From Octopus vulgaris (taxonomy: Eukaryota): a stretch of DNA of 64,000 bases. How positions within the stretch are numbered: position 1 is the first letter of the stretch; each line of letters begins with the position of its first letter. Below the pieces are notes generated by a model. It ran no database searches and was not told the DNA's origin. It saw only the letters and a program-made list of their open reading frames with translations. Location: NCBI GenBank assembly GCA_951406725.2, contig OX597817.1, positions 43,338,001-43,402,000 on the forward strand, written 5' to 3'. A program made the position numbers and the translations under genes. Below are positions 54,061 through 64,000 of this stretch, one piece after another.

Positions 54061-56179
54061 TTAAGGCCAAAGACCGAAGCAAGTAAAAAAGGCAAAGGTA
54101 AAAACACATTACTTAGAAGTATTTGTGAAGAAACTTATCGTGAATGGCAACATTCAGCAAGACCAGATGTTACATGACAAATTTAGATTGAATAAATTAA
54201 ATAAATAGAAATAATAGAAATAAATAAACAGGTGGGTGCATATATTCTACTTCATTCATTTCTTTCTGGTCTTCAATGGTTGTTGAAAGCAACAAGTTAT
54301 GCAAGTCATGTTCTAATTAGTGAGTTTGTTAATTAGGTATTGTAATAATGAAGTGTTATTGTCAATAACCGGTATAAGAGCTTTACTGTTGTCAATGGCT
54401 ACAAAAAGGAGAAATAAATACAAAGGAGTGGGGCTATTGCAGTTATTTCAAATTCTCCATCACCTTCAGGATATGATCTATCAAAGTTTCGGAAATGTTA
54501 TTTTGAGATAGAGTTAGCTTCAAGATAGGGTTAACATATTTTATTTCACAAAATAATGTTAAATTTTCACACCTACAATACCGTACAGAAATTCTTCCAT
54601 TATTACTTCAATAAACATAGAGAAATCATACTTTGCTGATGTGGTCTAATAAGACTGAAACATATCCAGAATTGTCTCCTGCTCTTACAAAAATTATGAA
54701 AATATTAATCATTGGGTGTCTTTTACTCACTGCATTATTATTTTTAATCAGATAGTTTTATGTTATCTGTATTAAATATATTAAGACTCACTTTATTGTT
54801 ATTTTTCTATGCAAATGCTGTCACTGGAGTAATTAATTCATGTGAAAAAAAAAATTAAGTTGAATAAGATGTAGTTTAGATTTGATCAGGTCATGGGATC
54901 ACAAATGCCATATTGCACATTTAAGAAACCACTCTGCTTGTGCTTATTAATCAGAAAGAAGTCTTTAGTCTCTTCTCTTTAGTTTTAAAGTACCTAAGCA
55001 TAGATGAATGTTTCATTCATGTACAACAACATCCATAGTAAGATTAGATTTGGAGATAAGTTCTGAGAGAAATTTATAGTACAAGTAGCTGTTTACCAGG
55101 ACTTGGATCTCATCTCCATTTTCTGGTTCCAGATCTAGAGATTATATTTATGATAAACACTTCCTGGCTTGACTGAAAGCACCAACCCATCGTGGCGGTT
55201 GCTAGCCTCCCCTGGCACCTGTGCCGGTGGCATGTAAAATGCACTCACTACACTCACGGAGTGGTAGGCATTAGGAAGGGCATCCAGCTGTAGAAATACA
55301 GACTGGAGTCTTGTGCAGCCTCCTGGCTTCCCAGACCCTGTTCAAACCGTCCAACCCATGCTAGCATGGAAAACAGATGTTAAATGATGATGATGATGAT
55401 GATGACAACTCATGTGTTGGTGATGCTGCTGTATTACATCTCCAAATGCTGGAGTCAATGTCTCATCAGGAGATAGGCCAAACATATGCAATGTGGAGTT
55501 GTATGAAAAATGGGCAGAAGAGGCGGAATCTTTTTTTTTTCCATAGGAGTACAACCCACTGAACTATTGTTGATGAGAAGTCAGAAAGAGAGGATTCCAC
55601 AAATTTAGTGGAGGTATTTTTGGTAACAGGCCAGAAGGACCAGCTGTAGGTTGGAAAGTGGGAAAGCTTGAAAGCTGTGTGATACATGAAAAAGTCTGGA
55701 GAGTAGCCTTGGAAGAATTGTGCTGCTGGGTACTGCCCAGTTTTTGAAAGTGAGTGAAAATTTCCAGGTGTTGTAAGCTTAATTCATTTATTTATTCCTG
55801 AACAGCAATGCAGCCACGAGGAAAACACTTTGGTTTTCTCTTGGCACTGTAAGAACTTCACCGGTTCTATGTCAGTTATTCTTGGCAGAAAATGTGATTC
55901 ACTCCTGACCAATGAGGAACAGCTACACAGGTGACTGAGTCTCTCCTTTTAGGCCTGTCTCTTCACATCCCATACACAGCAAAAAATCAATGTCTCAAAC
56001 CCACTTAGTGGCTCCCTCACAACTACACTGTAGCTGTTCAGGTGAAAAAGAAAAAAAGAAAAAAAGAAAAAAGGAAACAAAGAAGCAAACTCTGCTAAAG
56101 ATATCTCTGGGCCAGATGGTGGTGTCTAACTGGGCAGTGTGGTATGTTTAACATCATCATCATCATCAAATAAAATAAA

Positions 56180-56668
56180 TGCACCCTTTTAAAGCCTAGC
56201 CAGGCTCATGGGCCCGGTTTCCCGGTTTCTATGGCAAATGTGTTCCCCAGCTGGACGTGACGCCAGTCTATTGCAGCATTACTCATTTTTGCCAGCTGAG
56301 TGGACTGGAGCAACGTGAAATGAAGTGTTTTGCTCAAGAACACAACGCGTCGCCCAGTCCAGGAATCGAAACCACAATCTTACGATCATGATGCTGACAC
56401 CCTAACCACTAAGCCACATGCCTCCACTGCGCCCTTTTAAAGCCTAGCCAGGCTCATGGGCCCAGTTTCCTGGTTTCAGTGGCATATGTGTTCCCCAGTT
56501 GGACGAGACGCCAGTCCATCGCAGCGTTACTCATTTTTGCCAGCTGAGTGAACTGGAGCAACGTGAAATGAAGTGTTTTGCTCAAGAACACAACACGTAG
56601 CCCAGTCCAGGAATTGAAACCACAATCTTACGATCATGGTGCTGGCACCCTAACCACTAAGCTACACG
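56180..56668 (-). mobile_element. Head-to-tail dimer of a family C-related SINE
   Basis: Two units of about 245 bp (56180-56427, 56428-56668), each running from cccttttaaagcctagccagg to cctaaccactaagc on the + strand. Confidence 0.85.
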
Positions 56669-57577
56669 AACATATACAAAAAAAAAAAGGAAGAAAAAAC
56701 AAGGAAAGGAAACCCTCTGCACCATATAAAAGGAAAATAAATTTGAATAACAATAGCAATAATGGTATTAATAATATGAATAACAATAACAGCAATAATA
56801 ATGATAAAAAGTTTAGTAAGGAGAAGAAAAATATAGTGAGAGTAAAAGTGTGTCAATTGTTGATAAGGAGGTCATTGGAGATGGGGGGGGGGGTTGTAGC
56901 TGCAAATGTTGTCATTGATGCTGCTGTTGTTGTTGTTAAAATTGTTTATACAAGTTTATTTAAATAGGAAATACACTGACCATAAATATATGATACGCTT
57001 TTAACCAGGTGAATCCCTCTCGATTTATGGTACTTAGAAAATTCTCTTGATTATGAGGGTTTTATGGCATATTGTTAAACAAGTTGATTCCAGATTATAA
57101 ATTTATGGTATACACACACACACACACACGTGTGTGTGCATCCCTTTCACATAGCTTGGCAACAGGTATTAGTTTGTTTACATTCCCACAACTTAGATGT
57201 TTAGCAAAAGAGACTGATAAAATAAATACCAGATTTCAGAAAACTAAGTATTGAGGTCAATTTGTTTGACCAAAACCCTTCAAAGCAGTGTCCCAGCATA
57301 GTCACAGTCCAATCATCATCGTTTAGCGTCCGTTTTCCATGCGAGCATGGGTTGGACGGTTCAACTGGGGTCTGTGAAGCCGGAAGGCCTAGTCAGATCT
57401 GGCAGTGTTTCTACGGCTGGATGCCCTTCCTAACGCCAAATGTCGTCCCGCCCCGACTAGTTCGAAGTCCAATGACTGAAACAATTAAAGGAGAGTCTAA
57501 CACAAGAAATTTAAGGGCTTATCTTCATATTTTTTAAACCAGAAGATACTAAACAATAAAATTCCAAAGTTACTTAC

Positions 57578-57688
57578 CAATAATTTCAATAATCATGAAG
57601 AAAAGACATAGACAGCTGGCTATAATAAGCGTTTTCTTGGTTTTTGCTGTGTCAGTCTTGCTTATTGATATACGATGACAATGGTTAT
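57578..57688 (-). CDS. SLC30A2: Zinc transporter ZnT2-like (SLC30/CDF family) exon: HCH motif and TM1
   Basis: 111 bp, AG/GT bounded, phase 1-1. NHCHRISISKTDTAKTKKTLIIASCLCLFFMIIEII. The symbol denotes the SLC30A2/3/8 group, not strict orthology. Confidence 0.9.
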
Positions 57689-60512
57689 CTGAGAAAGAAA
57701 AAAAAGAAACAGAAATTAAAACTACTGAAATCAACATGCAAACATGTAATAGATCATCATCATTGTTTAATGTCCGTTTTCCATGCTGGCATGGGTTGGA
57801 CGGTTTGGCAGGAGCTGGCCAGGCTTCAATTGTCTGTTGTGGCATAGTTTCTATGGCTGGATGCTTTTTACAGGCCACCATTGTGGGTGTGCTCATGCAG
57901 CGCCGGCATGAGTGCATTTTATCTGGCACCGGCACATGTATTGATGACAACAATTTTACTTAGGCAGCGAATTGGTAGAAATGTTAGCACACTGGGTGAA
58001 ATGCCTTGTGGTATTTTGTCTGCTGTTATGTCCTGAGTTCAAATTCCACCGAGGTTGACTTTGCCTTTCATCCTTTCAGGGTTGATTAAATAAGTACCAG
58101 TTACACACTGGGGTCGATATAATCGACTTAATCCGTTTGTCTGTCCTTGTTTGTCCCCTCTGTGTGTAGCCCCTTGTGGGCAGTAAAGAAATAAGAAACG
58201 TTAGCACATTGGGTGAAATGCCTAGCGGTATTTTGTCTGCTGTTATGTCCTGAGTTCAAATTCTGCCGAGGTCGACTTTGCTTTTCATCCTTTCGGGGTC
58301 GATTAAATAAGTATAATTTTAGCAGAGGGGTGATGTTCTGGTGGTCAGGTTAAAAAAAGGCAGAGAGAGATGGGAGAGAGCGCGGAGGGAGAGAGACAGA
58401 GAGAAAGAGGGGGAGAGCGGAGAGATAGAGAGAGAGAGAGGGGAGGGAGATGATGATGGTGGTGGTGGTGGAGGAGGTGGTGATTGGAGAGTGAAAAGTG
58501 TATTTCTTTTTAATTGAACTAAGTTTTTTATATCACCTATCACTTAACACATTAGTGCAATTCCGTGAAATATTCACACTTATTTATGTGGAAGATATAA
58601 GAAATTTAACTAAAGGTTGTATCATATTCTTTTATTTGTTTCAGTCATTTGACTGCAGCCATTCTGGGGCACCAGTTTTTAGTCGACCAAATCGACCCCA
58701 TGACTTATTCTTTGTAATCCTAGTACTTATTCTGTCGGTCTCTTTTGCTGAACCTCTAAGTTACGGGGATGTAGACATGCCAACATCGGTTGTCAAGCAA
58801 TGGTGGGGGGGGACAAACACAGACACACACACATACATATATATATATATCTGGTGGGCTTCTTTAAGTTTCCGTCTACCAAATCCACTCACAAGGCTTT
58901 GGTCAGCCCGAGGCTATAGCAGAAAACACTTGCCCAAGGTGTCATGCAGTGGGACTGAACCCGGAACCATGTGGTTGGTAAAGCAAGCTACTTACCACAC
59001 AGCCACTCCTGCGCCTATATGTACGGGATACTTTTTTTTTGTTTATGAGAAAAATGGAGAAATAAAAGTGAATATTTATTTTATGACTGCTGTGTTTTAA
59101 GTCTATAGAATTGTGTATAAAGTATATAAAGTGTATTAAGTAATCATCGTATTCCAATTTCTTTCACTTTTCAATGAGTAGTAGATGAGCGACTATCTTT
59201 CCATACAGACACAACACAGGCTACGCTTTCAGATGTACCAATAGGTTTACCGTTAATTCTGTGAAATACTCATGGGTCCTGCTAGTTATTATTATTGTTG
59301 TTATGTAAAAATAATTGTGTAGTATTGATGCAGAAACAGTTTTAATAGAAAGGGAAAAAGAAAAGCAGATGAAAGAGGTGAAATTAGAAAGAAGAGACTG
59401 ATAGAGTTGTCAGGGGGGGTGCGAGAGAGAGAGAGAGAAAGAGAAGATGTGGAAAAAGAAAAAAAACCCTCTCACATATTCAGACACCATTCTCAATGAA
59501 AAAGGAACTGTTTAATCACTTGATTTGCTAGGAATAACAGACAAATATTTTTGAATCCCAGCCTTCTCTCTTAAAAAAAGGAAATTTTGTATAATGTATT
59601 TCGTTTTTGGATTTGGTTTGCAAGATTCTTTATATGAGTTCGTGTGTTGAAGCATATTCTGTTGTGTCTGGGGAGAGTCATTTTCTTTTTGTGCCTTATA
59701 ATTTAACACACTCACCATTAAAATTTCCACTTTTTTTCTTATCTTATTTTCCTAAAATTTTCGTTGCGTCTTGCAACCTTTTCAATAGTTTTGTATAATG
59801 TAATCCTAGACAATGCTGCCTTGAGGGAAAAAAAAAAGAGAGAGAATGGTTACATGTGAAATGCTTTTTATTGTATCTCTCTTAATCAGAGCTGACTTGG
59901 GCTAAACTCTTGCATGTTTGTTCATACACTCCTCTCCTTACACCATCACATATTCATCACTTCAACCTTTCCCAACCAACCTGATGTTTTTGATTTTTCT
60001 TTCTTGAGCCCCAGGACTCATAAGCAGCTATGGTGGGGAAAGCAGAGCACATGCCCTGGGCATCACTTTGAAAGGGTGGGGTGCAATTTTGGCCAAGATC
60101 ATTTTCTAATTAAGCCATTTTTATGCGAGTTTCCATTTTTTGGTTGAGGGTGGAGGTGCAGTTTTGATGCTTGCCCTGGGCACCATTTACCCTAGACCCT
60201 ACTCATAACACCTGTTGCCTGGTTTCCATGGTGCATATAAGCGGTCAAGATCACAAAATACCTCCCAAATGGGACACTAGTCCATTGCAGGGTCCAATGC
60301 CCACAGTTTTGAGAAGAGATACATTGATGATATTGGCTTGACTGATACTCTATTTTATTGATCTCCAAAGGGATGAAAGGCAAAGTTTACCTCGGCAGAA
60401 TTTGAACTCAGCAGGAAGAAATATCAATAAGTGTTTTGTCTGGCAAGCCAATAATTTTTCTGGCTTGCTGTTTTCCTACCAACATAATAATTATTAATAA
60501 TTATTTACTTAC

Positions 60513-60544
60513 ACACGGTGCTATCCTGGCTTTTGTTCAAAGAA
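60513..60544 (-). CDS. Probable 32-nt microexon of the ZnT gene
   Basis: Minus strand reads long T tract + gtttcag|TTCTTTGAACAAAAGCCAGGATAGCACCGTGT|gtaagt. The only stop-free frame (SLNKSQDSTV) ends in phase 1, matching the next exon. Confidence 0.7.
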
Positions 60545-62460
60545 CTGAAACAAAAAAAAAAAAGAGAAACAAAATAAAAATAATTATTATTCAATAAATA
60601 CTCAAGTCTAGAAAGGAGGATTCCTGTCTGTCTTTTTAGAAATCAGATGGCATCAAATCTGATTTTCTGAAAGGAAGACAAGAATCAATACAGATAGAGA
60701 ATAAATGTTGTTAAAGAAATCAGTTTTTGGAGAGGATTATCAACTTTGACAGCCAACAAATACTCAAACTAAATTTTCTTCATTTATCATTTTTGACACT
60801 AAACCCTCCTAGGACTGCCCTCTGGTTCTATTATACAAACTTCCAGTTTTAATATGATTAAAATTAAAACCTTCCATCAAAATTTTAGGTTAATTTATGG
60901 CAATAATAATTGGCATAATTCAATTATGACATTTAATTAGATCTGGAGTAGAGACTAACTTGGTTACCCTCTGTCTATTTAGTTTTCTTGAGTGGAAATC
61001 AAACCACAAATATTTTACTAAAAGTGAACATACAAACAACCACACTATACAGACGTTGCAATGACATTACTGAAGCAGACTTAGAGTAGAGAGGGCACGT
61101 CACTGACGAAGTCAGAGATGGTGACAAGAGGACTTTCATAAACCTGATTGATTCATTGACAAAATGATTAAACAAACAATCAATTAGTTAGGTGGTTAAA
61201 TATTAACAAGTCGACAAATAATAATAAAAGAAGTGAAATAGAACCAGTGCATGTGTTTATCATTGGTATAATGACCCTCCCCTCAAGATACAACAAAATT
61301 AATTATGCTAGTTATTTTACTGAATTCTTCATTATTTTCAGAATGAATTACAACAAAAGCAATGTATTTCAATCATCATCATCATCATTTAATGTCTGTT
61401 CTCCATATTGGTATGTTTTGGAAGGTTTGACAGGAGTTGGCCAACTGGAGAGCTGCCCAGGTTTCGTTCTTTCTTTTTTTGGCATGGTTTTTCATGGCTG
61501 GATGCCCATCCTAGAAACCATGCCAAAACAAACAAATGGAGCCACAACAGCACTCCAGCTGGCCAGATCCTGATAAACCATGGAAAATGGATAATAAATA
61601 GTGAAGACGATAATTTACCCCAAAATATAGTAACAAAATAGTTTAACCCTTTTGTTACCAACCCAGCTGAAACTGCCTCTGGTTCTGTAGTACAAATGTT
61701 TTGTTTACATAAGTTTTGAATTAAAATCTTCGCCTGACAACCGATGGTGGTGTGTTTACGTCCCCGTAACTTAGCGGTTTGGCAAAAGAGACCGATAGAA
61801 TAAGTACTAGGCTTACAAAGAATAAGTCCTGAGGTTGATTTGCTAGACTAAAAGGTGGTGCTCCAGCATGGCCACAGTCAGATGACTGAAACAAGTAAAA
61901 GAGTAAAAGACAGGTTGCATCATATGAAATTACTCCTTTTTCCTACTCAGCTTAACGAGCGTGCCGGTGGCACGTTAAAAGCACCCACTACACTCTCAGA
62001 GTGGTTGGCATTAGGAAGGGCAGCCAGCTGTAGAAACTCTGCCAGATCAGATTGGAGCCTGGTGCAGCCATCTGGTTCACCAGTCCTCAGTCAAATCGTC
62101 CAACCTATGCTAGCATGGAAAGCAGACATTAAACGAAGATGATGATGATGAGACCCCCTTGATTACTATTTATAGCCATTTTGATGTTTAAAATTTAGCT
62201 TTATAGATATTTCTTTCAAAATTCCTATTTTATTTTTCATGCATTCATTTGCATATTTTGAACTATGTAAAATGTTAGAGGAAGAAACTGAGCTGTTTCT
62301 TGTAATTAATACATGTAAATCAAAACTTTTTTTACAGACCTTTAAAATACTACTGTGGATCCCCAATTTACTATCATGCTTGCATGGACCCTCAAAAATC
62401 TTATATGGACCCTCAAGGATCATATGGACTCCAGTTGAAAACCACTAATCTAGAATCTTC

Positions 62461-62871
62461 AGATCTTTTTGGTTTGAATAGCAGTTTTTAACATAATTTC
62501 TAGGTAACTAAAAAATTTTAAACTTCGTATACTGGTAGAATTTGTTTATAAAACATCTTTTTCCCTTGGCTTTATTGAGAAAATTCTATAGTTTGTAAGA
62601 TATTTGTTGTTTTTTTTCTTCAATTTCTGCAATTTCAACCAATCAATGACCGTCTATTGAGGTGAAAACATTCTGTGCCGTATGAATATGTCCCTCGTTT
62701 AAGAAACAGATTGGGTTTATTTACATTTCTAAAAAAAAAAAGATACCCTTTCCCCCACCCCTAACCCTAAAACAGATTGAAATGCAATAGATTGATACTA
62801 GGGTCATAATTATGGGTGACAATTTCATATGACACCGCTAGAAAAAACTGCCAATCAAACCAAAAAGATCC
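62461..62871. mobile_element. MITE with 8-bp TSD, possibly Merlin-type
   Basis: Imperfect TIRs of about 29 bp (agatctttttggtttgaatagcagttttt / aaaaactgccaatcaaaccaaaaagatcc). TSD gaatcttc at 62453-62460 and 62872-62879. Superfamily inferred from the GG terminus plus 8-bp TSD. Confidence 0.8.
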
Positions 62872-63876
62872 GAATCTTCTTCTGATGACCACTGGCTCTT
62901 CAATTTCATATAATTATATCCTATTGACATACTATAACTCAGACTAGAAACACCCCAACATTGTATATCACTGATGTTAAAAAACAAAAAGCAAAAAGCT
63001 CAAACCCCTACCATATTACTATCGAGTCAACTAATTCAATGATGGTCTTTATTTATGGTTCCATCTGCTGCAGATTACAGTAGTTTATCTAAAGTTATGG
63101 CTCTCTTTCTTGTCAGCCTGTCAAAGATCTCGCTACAGATACACAAAAGGTACAGCTGAGTCGCTAACAGTTAATCAGTTGTAATGTAAATCACAGCAGA
63201 TATCAAACCAGTCAGTTTATTGTGATTGAAGGTAAATGTCAAAATAGTGGACCTTAATACTGATGAGACAGAACTAATGTTTCTTTCATCAAGAATGAAG
63301 AACATATTAAAAACAGTATGGTGAATAAATTCCTTGATGAGAGAAAAAAATAATTATAGTCAAGTAGAAAGATTTGAAAACATACCCGCCCCCCCCCCAA
63401 AAAAAAATGAAAAAAGGACTTCTAGGAATATATTTCGTATCTTTTATCTTTCATTTGTTTCAGTCACTGGAGTGTGGCCATGCTGGGGCACTGTCATGAA
63501 AGGTTTAGTTGAACAAATTGACTTGCATGTGAATTGAGGAATTTAGTTAAAAAGCACCATCCGAACGTGACTGATGCCAGCGCCACCTTGACTGGCTTCT
63601 GTGCTGGTGGCACGTAAAAAGCACCAACCGATTGTGGATGCTGCCAGACTCCCCTGGCACCTGTGCTGGTGGCATGTAAAAAGCACCCACTACACTCACG
63701 GAGTGGTTGTCGTTAGGAAGGGCATCCAGCTGTAGAAACACTACCAGATCAGACTGGTGTAGCCTCCTGGCTTCCCAGACCCCTTTCGAACCGTCCAACC
63801 CGTGCTAGCACGGAAAACGGACGTTAAATGATGATGATGATGATGAAACTATGGAAACCTGTAAGTCTCTCTCTCT

Positions 63877-63915
<39 letters not shown>

Positions 63916-64000
63916 AGAGTAACCACATAGATGTGAAACAAGGTGGAAAAAATAGTACTCAAATACCAGAGGTAGAATAATATGCTTTATTAATAAAGCT

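Noticed and set aside
55430-56000. Possible CR1/L2-type LINE coding remnant (also about 30880-31260)
   Set aside because: Too degenerate to recover diagnostic motifs by eye; needs a RepeatMasker or BLASTX check.
58498-59100. 200-aa ORF, and related ORFs at 24701, 48632 and 30578 sharing RLPNPLTRLWSARGYSRRHLPKV
   Set aside because: The shared peptide is the antisense reading of SINE family B, not a gene family.
59250-59490. Candidate ZnT first exons (MVSEY|gtgaga and a short segment near 59250-59278)
   Set aside because: Phases do not fit the phase-1 acceptor at 57688; they could only be non-coding.
61103-61140. CUGACGA followed by a 4-bp stem (agtc/gact), a possible hammerhead
   Set aside because: No GAAA box after the stem.
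62757-62770. ccctaaccctaa telomere-like repeat (also at about 35456)
   Set aside because: Only two units, internal to a MITE or other repeat.

Overview
This is AT-rich, microsatellite-dense animal genomic DNA. The SINE/LINE repertoire and repeat style suggest an octopus-type coleoid cephalopod (inference, not verified). Two spliced genes converge. (1) On the + strand are three phase-1/phase-1 exons, each encoding one LDL-receptor class A module (2548-2694, 10846-11016, 13885-14025). No start was found in the window, and the 3' end is unresolved beyond a 100-N scaffold gap at 14265-14364. (2) On the - strand is an SLC30A2/ZnT2-type zinc transporter with 7 clear coding exons (57688 down to the stop at 35209) plus a probable 32-nt microexon at 60513-60544. 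Most of the remainder is repeats: three tRNA-derived SINE families, (GAT)n-tailed LINE-type 3' ends, RTE and R4/Dong-like LINE fragments, Tc1 and mariner relics, piggyBac-, Merlin-, Helitron- and HINE-type non-autonomous elements, and microsatellites. Almost all ORFs in the supplied track are repeat artefacts. The most notable non-obvious signals are hammerhead-ribozyme motifs of the Penelope-element type (one minimal copy with an intact core, one with a very long stem II, three degenerate) and retroelement clusters built on (TAA)n tracts. I found no convincing evidence for a wholly new biological system. Repeat boundaries are approximate unless a TSD or TIR is given.
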